Of a stretch of DNA of 28,152 nt, positions 7,826-15,957 are shown piece after piece; the first letter of the stretch is position 1, and each line of letters opens with the position of its first letter. This stretch comes from Elusimicrobiota bacterium (GTDB lineage Bacteria; Elusimicrobiota; Elusimicrobia; UBA1565): assembly GCA_043827405.1 (NCBI GenBank), contig JBDRPD010000005.1, forward strand, positions 1 to 28,152, written 5' to 3'. The translations under genes were made by a program, and so were the position numbers. The notes under the pieces were generated by a model. The model saw only the letters and a list, made by a program, of their open reading frames with translations. It did no database searches and was not told the origin of the DNA.

Positions 7826-9434
7826 AGGTGGGATACTCGCCGAAGACGTCCTTGAGCGCCGAGACCATCTCACCCACCGTGGCGTAGGCGCGGACGCAGT
7901 CGAGAATCTGCGGCAGGGTATTCTCATTGGTGCGGGCGACTTTCCGCAGCTTGTCGAGCTCGAGCTCGACGCGGGCGCCGTCGCGCTCGCGCTTCAGCTT
8001 GCGCAGCGAGCGGACCTGGCCCTCTTCGACCTCATTGCGGATCTTGAGGATCGGCGGCCGGTCGGCCTCCTTGGTGAACACATTGACGCCGACGATCTTG
8101 CGCCGCTTGCGCGCCAGGTCCTTTTCGTAGCGGTAGGCGGTATCGGCGATCTCGCGGTGGAAGTAGCCCTTCTCGATCGCCGGCACGACGCCCCCGAGAT
8201 CCTTGATCTTGCCCATGATCTTAAGCGCCCGGCTCTCGATCTCATTGGTCAGCGACTCCAGGTAGTAGGAGCCGCCGAAGGGATCGACGGTATCGGTGAC
8301 CCCCGACTCGCAGGCGATTATCTGCTGCGTGCGCAGGGCCAGCTTGACCGCCTCGTCGCTGGGCAGGGCCAAGGCTTCATCATTGGAGTTGGTATGCAGG
8401 CTTTGGGTGCCGCCCAGCACCGCGGCGAGACCTTGATAGGCGACGCGCACCAGATTGTTCAGCGGCTGCTGCGCCGTCAGCGACACGCCGGCGGTCTGGC
8501 AGTGCATCGGCAGCATCCAGGACATCTTGTTCTCGGCGCCCATGGTGTCGCGCATGAAGCGGGCCCAGATCCGGCGCGCGGCGCGCAGCTTGGCGATCTC
8601 CTCGAAGAAATTGTTGTGGACATCGAAGAAGAACGACAGCTGGCGGGCGAAGGAATCCACCGGCAGGCCGCGCGCGACGAGCCGCTCGACATAGTCCACG
8701 CCGTCGGCGAGAGTGAACGCGAGCTCCTGCACGGCGTCCGCGCCGGCCTCGCGAATATGGTAGCCCGAGATGGATATCGGGTAGAAGCGCGGCACCTCCT
8801 TGACGCAGTACTCGATGGTGTCGAGCACCAGGCGCATGGACGGCTCGGGGGGAAAAAGGTATTCGTTCTGCGCGATATACTCCTTGAGGATATCGAGCTG
8901 CAGCGTCCCCCGTACGCGGCGCAGCGGCACGCCCTGCTTCTCCGCCAGCACCAGATACATCCCCAGCAGGATCGGCGCCGGCAGGTTGATCGTCATTGAG
9001 GTCGATACCCGGCCCAGGTCTATGCCGGCGTAGAGGGCTTCGAAGTCCCGCAGGGAGTCGACGGCCACTCCCTCGCGGCCGACCTCGCCGCAGGCCGTCT
9101 CATGATCGGAATCGACCCCCATGAGGGTGGGCAGGTCGAAGGCGGTCGACAGGCCGGTCTGGCCATGCTCCAGCAGGTATTTGAAGCGCTCGTTGGTGTC
9201 TTTCGCCGTCTTGTGCCCGGCGAACATGCGCATCGTCCACTTGGTCGTGCGATAGCCGCCGCTCTTGAGCCCCCGGGTATAGGGGAAGCGCCCGGGAGCG
9301 CCCAGCTCGGTTTCCGGAGCGAAATCCTTGAGGTCGGCGGCGCTGTACTCCCGCTTGACCGGGATCTCGGACAGCGTAGTCCGCTCCTCGGCGGGGGCGG
9401 CCGTTTTCTTCGTCGCGGCGGATGGGCTCGGCAT
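7815..9434 (-). CDS. B12-dependent acyl-CoA mutase, large substrate-binding subunit (methylmalonyl-/isobutyryl-CoA mutase family)
   Basis: PG.FPYTRG, WTMRMFAG, GLSTAFDLPT.MG.DSD, SMTIN, ISGYHIREAG, QSLHTN..DEA, DPFGGSYY, ATVGE. No DxHxxG B12 domain. Confidence 0.95.
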   Translation of the reverse strand: MPSPSAATKKTAAPAEERTTLSEIPVKREYSAADLKDFAPETELGAPGRFPYTRGLKSGGYRTTKWTMRMFAGHKTAKDTNERFKYLLEHGQTGLSTAFDLPTLMGVDSDHETACGEVGREGVAVDSLRDFEALYAGIDLGRVSTSMTINLPAPILLGMYLVLAEKQGVPLRRVRGTLQLDILKEYIAQNEYLFPPEPSMRLVLDTIEYCVKEVPRFYPISISGYHIREAGADAVQELAFTLADGVDYVERLVARGLPVDSFARQLSFFFDVHNNFFEEIAKLRAARRIWARFMRDTMGAENKMSWMLPMHCQTAGVSLTAQQPLNNLVRVAYQGLAAVLGGTQSLHTNSNDEALALPSDEAVKLALRTQQIIACESGVTDTVDPFGGSYYLESLTNEIESRALKIMGKIKDLGGVVPAIEKGYFHREIADTAYRYEKDLARKRRKIVGVNVFTKEADRPPILKIRNEVEEGQVRSLRKLKRERDGARVELELDKLRKVARTNENTLPQILDCVRAYATVGEMVSALKDVFGEYPTFSG

Positions 9435-9441
9435 ACGCCGA

Positions 9442-9450
9442 AGTATATCA
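9442..9450 (-). promoter_or_regulatory. Extended -10 promoter TGATATACT for the mutase gene
   Basis: TGnTATACT, 7 nt upstream of the ATG at 9434. Confidence 0.65.
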
Positions 9451-9547
9451 ATTTCCCCAGGCCGCGGAGGCCGCGGTTTGAGATAAAAATTTAATCACCG
9501 CCTGCTATGCTGAAGCGGGGATCGCCGACGAGGGAGATCCCCTTATT

Positions 9548-9568
9548 TGTTATAATAAAGGCCGGAGG
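9548..9568 (+). promoter_or_regulatory. Extended -10 (TGTTATAAT, 9548-9556) plus Shine-Dalgarno (GGAGG, 9564-9568)
   Basis: Consensus motifs correctly spaced before the GTG at 9575. Confidence 0.7.
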
Positions 9569-9574
9569 AGCGGC

Positions 9575-9892
9575 GTGTTTACAAAATCAAATTCCGAACA
9601 GTTCGACTCTCAGCTGAAGTCGCTGCAGACGCAGCTGGCGCATGCGACCAAGCGGGTGAATCTGATCGAATCCGCCCTGAACTCCGAGGACGGCGGCGGC
9701 GGCGATCCCGAGGAGCTGCGGCAGATCCGCTCGGAAATGGGACGCATGGATGCCTCCCTGAAATCGGCGCTCAAGTCCACGGTGCAACTCCTGGACGCCT
9801 TCAAGGCCGCCCAGGCACGCAACGAGTCGGCGGTACGCGAGCTGACCGAGCGGCTGGAACGTCTGGAAAGCCTTAATAACGTCAAGGCCTGA
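9575..9892 (+). CDS. Small coiled-coil hypothetical protein
   Basis: Strong SD and heptad-like helices split by a GGGG linker. TGATG overlap with the next gene. Confidence 0.75.
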   Translation: MFTKSNSEQFDSQLKSLQTQLAHATKRVNLIESALNSEDGGGGDPEELRQIRSEMGRMDASLKSALKSTVQLLDAFKAAQARNESAVRELTERLERLESLNNVKA

Positions 9893-10905
9893 TGACTCCT
9901 CCTCAGTCCGCAGCCAGCGCCGCGCCGGCGGCGGCATTATCCCCTTACGAAGCCGCGCGCCGGGTCCGCGCCTTCTACCGTGAATTAATCCAGAATCTCC
10001 GGGATGTCGGCGAGCAGGTCAAGCCCAAGCAGGGCGTCCTTTCCAACAGCAGCCTCGAGCCGCTCAGAGCGCGCTGCGATGAACTGCTGCCCATGCTGCA
10101 GCAGTCGCCGGACAGAGTGATGATTTATCTGTCGCGCTCCACGCCGGATGACTATCTCTTCGGCAAAGCGGCCAATCTGGGGATTCTCGCCGGCCGTCTG
10201 GCGCTGCAGCTCAAGCAGCCGGAACGCGAGATCAAGCAGCTCATGATGACCGGTTGGCTGCTGTATACGGGCCTGCTGCGGACGGAACGTTCCGATCTGC
10301 ACAACGGCGTTCTGCTCGATGACGTGCGGGATGCGATGCTGCAGTCCGCCGCCCGCGCCACCGCCTACGCGCTGGGCGATACCGCCGAAGCCTCGCGCCT
10401 GCGGCTGTACTGGGATCTCCGCATCGGGCCGCGGGACGGCGAGAAGTCGGAGAGCCTGCCGCTTTTCGCGCACATCCTGGACGTCGCCGAAGTCTACGAG
10501 GCGCTGACGCATGTGCGCCCCTATCGCGGCCGCGCCTTGCCCCATGACGCGGTTAAGTACGTGATCGACGAAGGCGGCGGCGGCCGTTTCGATTCGTCGG
10601 TAATCAAGGCTCTTATCCAGAGCCTGTCGGTATACCCTCCGGGAAGCTACGTCGAGCTTAACAACGGGCTGCTCGCGGAAGTGGAAAGCATCAACCCGCG
10701 TCTGCCGACCCGCCCGATACTGCGGCCCGCCTACAACAGCGCCGGCTCCCTGCTCCCCGACACGGCGCCGCTGGACCTCAGCAAGTCGCCGCTGATCCGA
10801 ATCCAGAAAATCGTCGACGAGATGACCATCGAGCTGGAGAACCCGCGCCGCAGCCTGCAGCTGCGGGCGCGGCTATGGTGGCCGGTCGTCCCGGCGGACG
10901 CCTAA
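9892..10905 (+). CDS. HD-GYP-like protein, degenerate
   Basis: ILDVAEVYEALTHVRPYR, FDSSVIKAL, LSVYPPGSYVELNNG..AEV...P.RP are typical HD-GYP C-terminal motifs. The HD dyad and the GYP motif are absent. Confidence 0.8.
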   Translation: MTPPQSAASAAPAAALSPYEAARRVRAFYRELIQNLRDVGEQVKPKQGVLSNSSLEPLRARCDELLPMLQQSPDRVMIYLSRSTPDDYLFGKAANLGILAGRLALQLKQPEREIKQLMMTGWLLYTGLLRTERSDLHNGVLLDDVRDAMLQSAARATAYALGDTAEASRLRLYWDLRIGPRDGEKSESLPLFAHILDVAEVYEALTHVRPYRGRALPHDAVKYVIDEGGGGRFDSSVIKALIQSLSVYPPGSYVELNNGLLAEVESINPRLPTRPILRPAYNSAGSLLPDTAPLDLSKSPLIRIQKIVDEMTIELENPRRSLQLRARLWWPVVPADA

Positions 10906-10911
10906 CCCCGG

Positions 10912-12144
10912 TTAAAAACCCAGCAGCAGTTCGCCGGCGAACAGCCATTTCCTGGCCGTCTTGCCGGTGATGATGTCGTAGCGGGTCTTGTTGCGGTATT
11001 CGGTGCGCAGGCCGAGACCCGCCCAGCGGGTGGGAAGCCACTGGATATCGCTCGCCAAAGCCCAGCTTTCGACGAATTCTCCGGTGGGAAAGGCGGCGTT
11101 CGCGGATATCGTCTCGCCGCGTATCATGGTCCATGAACGGCCGAGACTGCTGGTCAGCCGGAAGCCGCCGCGGTCCAGCCAGCGCCGGCCTATCGACAGG
11201 GTGATCGGAGAATAGCGCGTCAGATTAAGCGGCGTCGCCTCTCCGGCGGCGCTGCGAAACGTTCCCACCTGCACGTCCTTGGTGAGCATGAGGATGGAGC
11301 CCTCGGTGAAAGTCTTGTGCGTCCAGTAATAGCGCATCGCGCAGCCCATCAGGCTCGCCGAATACGCTCGGTTCTCGACCGCGGTGCCGTTGGGCCCGCC
11401 GTCCAACCCGTCGCTGCCGCCGCTGAGACGGGAGATAAGGACCTGCAGCTCCAGGTGCTCGCCGGCCGATTGCAGGCCATGCGCCAGAATCGCCTCACGG
11501 ATGCGGTCAGCGTAGACTTTGGCGCCGACCTTGACGACCTGGCGTCCGTCCTCCCACGTCTCGCTCATGATCTCATGCGATTCGATGAATTCTTTATAGC
11601 GCGAGATAATTCTACCGTCGTAGATGCGCAGGCGGCCCGCCGGAATGCCATTGGAGTGCTTCGCCACCACCCAGCGTACGGCGTCTTTAAGCGCGCGCTC
11701 GGCGGCCTCCGCCCGCGGATCGGCGGAGCCGCCTTCCGCCGCCGGCGTCGAACGGCCTTCCGCCGGGATCAGCACCGGCACGTCCTGCCCCTTCCGGCCC
11801 CACTTCCAGGCCACGGCCATCTGCAGCCCGGCGCCGGTGCCGGTACCCAGCAGGTCGGCCTTGAGATCGTTGCCGGAGGGGAAAGCGTCGACGCCGAATT
11901 CCTTGACCAGCCCGGCGGTGAGCATCATCAGCGAGCCGTACGCCGTGGCCCGCCAGGCGGGATAGCCGCGGAGCTTGAAAATCTCGGCCCCGAGATAGGT
12001 GCCGGTGAAGCCGATGCCCATATGCAGCTGGGTGTCCTCACGGTCCAGGACCAAACGGTTGTCTTCCAGCGCGTTCGCGCGCGGCGCGAGCAAAAACGCG
12101 CCGCATACCGCCATCAGGAAGCTGGGCCGGAGTTTCAGCGTCAT
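10912..12144 (-). CDS. Secreted or outer-membrane hypothetical multi-domain protein
   Basis: Signal peptide (…PRANA), YfiM-like N-domain (D..LH…GLVKE..D…S.NDL.AD..G), amphipathic beta-rich C-terminus ending ELLLGF. Confidence 0.7.
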   Translation of the reverse strand: MTLKLRPSFLMAVCGAFLLAPRANALEDNRLVLDREDTQLHMGIGFTGTYLGAEIFKLRGYPAWRATAYGSLMMLTAGLVKEFGVDAFPSGNDLKADLLGTGTGAGLQMAVAWKWGRKGQDVPVLIPAEGRSTPAAEGGSADPRAEAAERALKDAVRWVVAKHSNGIPAGRLRIYDGRIISRYKEFIESHEIMSETWEDGRQVVKVGAKVYADRIREAILAHGLQSAGEHLELQVLISRLSGGSDGLDGGPNGTAVENRAYSASLMGCAMRYYWTHKTFTEGSILMLTKDVQVGTFRSAAGEATPLNLTRYSPITLSIGRRWLDRGGFRLTSSLGRSWTMIRGETISANAAFPTGEFVESWALASDIQWLPTRWAGLGLRTEYRNKTRYDIITGKTARKWLFAGELLLGF

Positions 12145-12204
12145 AGAATACCGTTGACGCAGAATACCTTATTCGTATTGCGAGGGTATTAAGAAGCGGC
12201 CGCC

Positions 12205-13767
12205 TTACGGCGAACCGTCAAAGTAGTCTTGACGTTCCGTCTCGACAACGGCGACGGCGTCGGGCAGGCCGTCACAGAGGACCCGGACGAAATCCTGCCC
12301 GTCTTCGGCGAAGCGCTCGATGCGCAGCGGCCGCCATTTCCCGTCGTAAAGACCGAAAATCGCCTCGCCCGCATCAGCGGCCGGCGCCTTCATAATCAGC
12401 CGCGGCGCCCGCACCGTGCCGCCGCCGCCGCGCTTGAGCCAAACGGCCTCGCGCGCCTTCAGGTTCTGCGGCAGGGGCTCCTGCGCCTCGGCCCGGCGCA
12501 CCCCGACAGTGAGGCCGTCCGCCGACCGGGCGCGCAGATGGAATTCGATGCGCCGCAGCGTCCAGCTCGAATCCGGGGCGAGCGCCTTAACTCTAAACAC
12601 GCTGCCCTGGGAGGACAAGGTCTTGAGCTGCGTTTCGACGGGGAAGGCCGTATAGCCCTCCTGCGGGATGGCGGGCGGCACGGGCGCCAGCTGCACGACC
12701 TGCTTGCGGCGCAGGTCCTTGGCGGCTTTCTTTTGCCGCTCGCGCTTCGCGGCGGCCTTTTCCGCGGACACCGGTTCGGCCTTTTTGCCGAAGCCGTAGC
12801 CGAGCGAGATGCGGTGGGTTTTGCCGAGCTCGCCGAACGGCGCGAAAGCGTAGTCCAAGGTAAAACGCCGGACGCTGATCCCGGCGCCGGTCCGCACGCC
12901 GGATATAGCCCCGAGGGTATTGCCGAACCAGCGGTAGCGATAGCCCGCCCGGACATAAAGCATGGACAGCAGCTGGGACTCGACGCCCCAAGCGAGAATC
13001 GGATAGTTGTCCCGCGGCTTGGCGATATCGAAGACCAGCAGGGTATTGCGGCGCTCCATCCGGTAGGCGGCGCCGATCTTGAGCGTCAGCGGGAGAGGGT
13101 AGCGCTGGCCGAACTTGATGCCGGGTCCGAGATTCTGCAGCACCGCGCCCAGGTCCAGCTTGGGGATCAGCCGGCGCCGCTGCCAGCCGAGATCCAGGGC
13201 CGCGGTCTGCGCGCTTTCCTCATCGATGCTCTGCCGGATAAACTTGCCGGTGATGCCGATGGAATGGTCCTCCCTGAGGAACTGCGCGTAGCTGACGCCC
13301 AAGGCCAAATCCGACGCTCCAAAAGAGCCTTCCGATGAGGTGAGCGGATTGAAAGGGTCGTTCTCATTGGCGCCCGCGCGGCGCTCGAGATCGTCCGGGA
13401 CGCGCACCGAGATGAGGCTCAGGCCCCAAACACCGCCGGCGGCGCTGTCGCGGCGCGGCCGGGAGAAGCCGATGAAATCGTGCCGGATATCCTGGATGGA
13501 GTCATGGAACATATAGGTGAAGCTGGTCCAGGGACTGCCCGCCAGTCCCGCCGGGTTCCAGTAAACGGCGTGGACATCATCGGCCGCCGCGGTATATGCT
13601 TCGCCCATGGCTACCGGCCGCGCTCCGACGCCGGTCTTGAGGAAGGCCGCCGAGCCGGTGCCGGCCTGCGGGTGAATTTTGTCGGCGAAAGCCGGCCGCG
13701 CCGCGGCGAACAGGCACAATGTCAGCGCCGCCGCCGGCCCGTTGCGTAAAATGTTTATACGTTTCAT
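12205..13767 (-). CDS. PorV/PorQ (UPF0164) family outer-membrane protein with C-terminal extension
   Basis: Signal peptide, FLKTGVGARPVAMGEAYTA.ADD..AVYWNPAGLA, DLG, QNLGP, LPLTLKIGAAY, LDYAFAPFGELGKTHRISL. Confidence 0.88.
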   Translation of the reverse strand: MKRINILRNGPAAALTLCLFAAARPAFADKIHPQAGTGSAAFLKTGVGARPVAMGEAYTAAADDVHAVYWNPAGLAGSPWTSFTYMFHDSIQDIRHDFIGFSRPRRDSAAGGVWGLSLISVRVPDDLERRAGANENDPFNPLTSSEGSFGASDLALGVSYAQFLREDHSIGITGKFIRQSIDEESAQTAALDLGWQRRRLIPKLDLGAVLQNLGPGIKFGQRYPLPLTLKIGAAYRMERRNTLLVFDIAKPRDNYPILAWGVESQLLSMLYVRAGYRYRWFGNTLGAISGVRTGAGISVRRFTLDYAFAPFGELGKTHRISLGYGFGKKAEPVSAEKAAAKRERQKKAAKDLRRKQVVQLAPVPPAIPQEGYTAFPVETQLKTLSSQGSVFRVKALAPDSSWTLRRIEFHLRARSADGLTVGVRRAEAQEPLPQNLKAREAVWLKRGGGGTVRAPRLIMKAPAADAGEAIFGLYDGKWRPLRIERFAEDGQDFVRVLCDGLPDAVAVVETERQDYFDGSP

Positions 13768-13782
13768 GACTCGGCTTCCATG

Positions 13783-15957
13783 CTAGTGTATGATCGCCAG
13801 CTTCTTCGTGACATGCGCCGTCTCGCCCGCCGTCGTCTTCGCCTCCAGCCGGTAGATATATACTCCGGACGCCTTGCCCGACACGTCCCAGGTCAAGGTC
13901 GACGCGATCCCGCCGGGCGCGCCGAACTTCGACAGCTCGGCGACCAGATCCCCGGCGATATCGTAGACGCGGATGGTCACGTCCGCGGTATCGCCGAGCC
14001 GGAACTTGAAGGTCACGGCATCGCCGCGCGCGGGGTTCGGATAGGAATAGACCTCGGCATCCTGCAGCAAGGCCGCCAGGGCGCCGAACTGCATGAGGCG
14101 GAACTTGGTGAAATGCTTGACCCCGGCGACCACGCGCTTTTCAGACTTATTGACGCGCGAGGTATTAAGAATGCGCCAGATCTTCTGCGTCTCGTCGAAA
14201 AAGTACATCCGCAGGGCATCCTCATCGGTGTACTGCGCGTTCTGGTACGGCATCTTGATGGTGACATCCTTATGGAATGTCGGATTGGCGCTGGAGGCCA
14301 AGGTGAACTCGCGGGCGACGCCGAGCGCCTGCGCTCCGTCCGGCAGGCCGACGTTCTCATTGGCATAAGGAGAGAAGAGCTTCTTGATCGTCAGGGTGTC
14401 ATTGCCGCTGAGGGCTCCCGCCGGGATCTCGATCTCGGTGCCGTCCGCCAGGCTGAGAGTCGCGTTGCTGGCGGCGTTGACGGCGAGCGTGCGCAGCTGC
14501 GGCACCGACACCTGGTAGCGCGCCTCGGTAATCAAATCGGTGGCGCCGGTTTCGGCGACGCTGAGGCGCAGCGTATAGGTATTGTCGCTCTCGCTGACGG
14601 GCAGGTCATTGGTGTTCCAGACCGCCATGGACGAGCGGGTGACGCCGAAGGTCGAGGAGGCCAGCGTCGTCCAGGTCGCCGGGTTCGCGCCCTGGCCGTA
14701 CTGCAGGCTGAAGCTCTGCAGCGTCGGGCTCAGCACCGTGCCCACCACGGTGACCGTTCCTTCCACAACATTAGTGCCGTCGAGCAGGATATCGGGCGAG
14801 GCCAGGCTCCAGGTGCGCTGGGACTCAAAGCCGTAGACCTTGCCGTTCATGGTCGCGGCGTAGACCCAGCCGTTGGCCACGGCGGGAGAGCTCAGCCCCT
14901 CGCCGTCGAGAGCGATCTGCGCCCGCACCTCGCCGGTGCCGGTATGGACGGCATAGAGCTCGCCCTGCGGGCTGAGCACAAAGAGCATATTATTGGCCAC
15001 GGCGGGAGAAGATGCCACGCCCTGGTTCGAGGCGGCTCCCAAAGGCAAAGTCCAGGCGACGCCGCCGGTGGTCAGGCCGATGGCGAAGAGGGTATGCGGG
15101 TTGACGGCGGCGCCGACGAAAGCGAGATTGGTGGAGACCGCCACTCCACCGGAAAGGCTCAGCTCGCTGGCGGTTCTGACCAAATTCAGCGACGCCCAGT
15201 TCTCGCTGCCGCTGGCGGAGGTATAAGCGTGCAAAGTCTTGTCATCGTCTCCCGGGGCGGCCAGCAAGGTCCCGCTGGAGAGCGCCGGGGTGGCGAAGTA
15301 AATGCTGCCCTGAGTCTGCACCGGCTGTGCCCAGGCCTGGGTCAGGTCGAGGTTCCAGGCATTATACCTGCCGCCGCCGCCGCCGAGAAATATCCGGCTA
15401 TTGGCCTTGTCGATAACCGGAGAAGACGCGGTGACATTGGGCACCGTGGTGCTGCGGTTGACCGTGCCGGTTTCGGCATCCAGCACATAGAGGCGTTTCT
15501 CCGGGTAGCCGGCGGCGAAGTAGACCTCGCCGGTCAGCACGACGGGCGACGACAGGTTGGTGGAGCCGGGATTAAAGCTCCACATCACGGCGCCGGTGAG
15601 AGCGTTGAGCGCGTAAATCCTGCCGTCGCGGCTGGGGGAGAACACTTTGCCGTCGGCCACCGCCGGCGTGGCGTCCACCCAGCCGCCGGTAGAGTAGCTC
15701 CACAGCACCGTTCCGGAATAAGCGTCGAGGCAGTAAACTTTATTGTCGCGGGAACCGAAGTAGACTTTATCGTAGGCCACCACCGGCGAGGACAGCACGG
15801 CGGCCCCGGCGCTATGCGTCCAGCGCAAGGTCAGCGGCGGCGCGACGCCCTCATTAAGGAAAGCGGCGCGCGCCTCGTCGCCCCGGAAGTTGGGCCAGCT
15901 CAGCCCCTCGGCGGCCGACGGCGCCAGCGCCATAATCAATCCCAGAAGAATCTTCAC
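13783..15957 (-). CDS. Secreted PQQ-like beta-propeller protein with Ig/ZU5-like domains and T9SS type-A-like C-terminal domain
   Basis: Signal peptide, WPNFRGD..R, repeated SSPxV.xGxVY…G.VLW blades, and C-terminus VYSYPNP…IRVYDIAGDLV…WD…ASGVYIYRL…KKLAIIH. Its GTG overlaps the upstream stop. Confidence 0.88.
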   Translation of the reverse strand: MKILLGLIMALAPSAAEGLSWPNFRGDEARAAFLNEGVAPPLTLRWTHSAGAAVLSSPVVAYDKVYFGSRDNKVYCLDAYSGTVLWSYSTGGWVDATPAVADGKVFSPSRDGRIYALNALTGAVMWSFNPGSTNLSSPVVLTGEVYFAAGYPEKRLYVLDAETGTVNRSTTVPNVTASSPVIDKANSRIFLGGGGGRYNAWNLDLTQAWAQPVQTQGSIYFATPALSSGTLLAAPGDDDKTLHAYTSASGSENWASLNLVRTASELSLSGGVAVSTNLAFVGAAVNPHTLFAIGLTTGGVAWTLPLGAASNQGVASSPAVANNMLFVLSPQGELYAVHTGTGEVRAQIALDGEGLSSPAVANGWVYAATMNGKVYGFESQRTWSLASPDILLDGTNVVEGTVTVVGTVLSPTLQSFSLQYGQGANPATWTTLASSTFGVTRSSMAVWNTNDLPVSESDNTYTLRLSVAETGATDLITEARYQVSVPQLRTLAVNAASNATLSLADGTEIEIPAGALSGNDTLTIKKLFSPYANENVGLPDGAQALGVAREFTLASSANPTFHKDVTIKMPYQNAQYTDEDALRMYFFDETQKIWRILNTSRVNKSEKRVVAGVKHFTKFRLMQFGALAALLQDAEVYSYPNPARGDAVTFKFRLGDTADVTIRVYDIAGDLVAELSKFGAPGGIASTLTWDVSGKASGVYIYRLEAKTTAGETAHVTKKLAIIH

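Noticed and set aside
13783..15957. bamB or a PQQ dehydrogenase
   Set aside because: There is no lipobox cysteine, and the extra Ig/ZU5-like domains and sorting domain do not fit; only the propeller repeat is shared.
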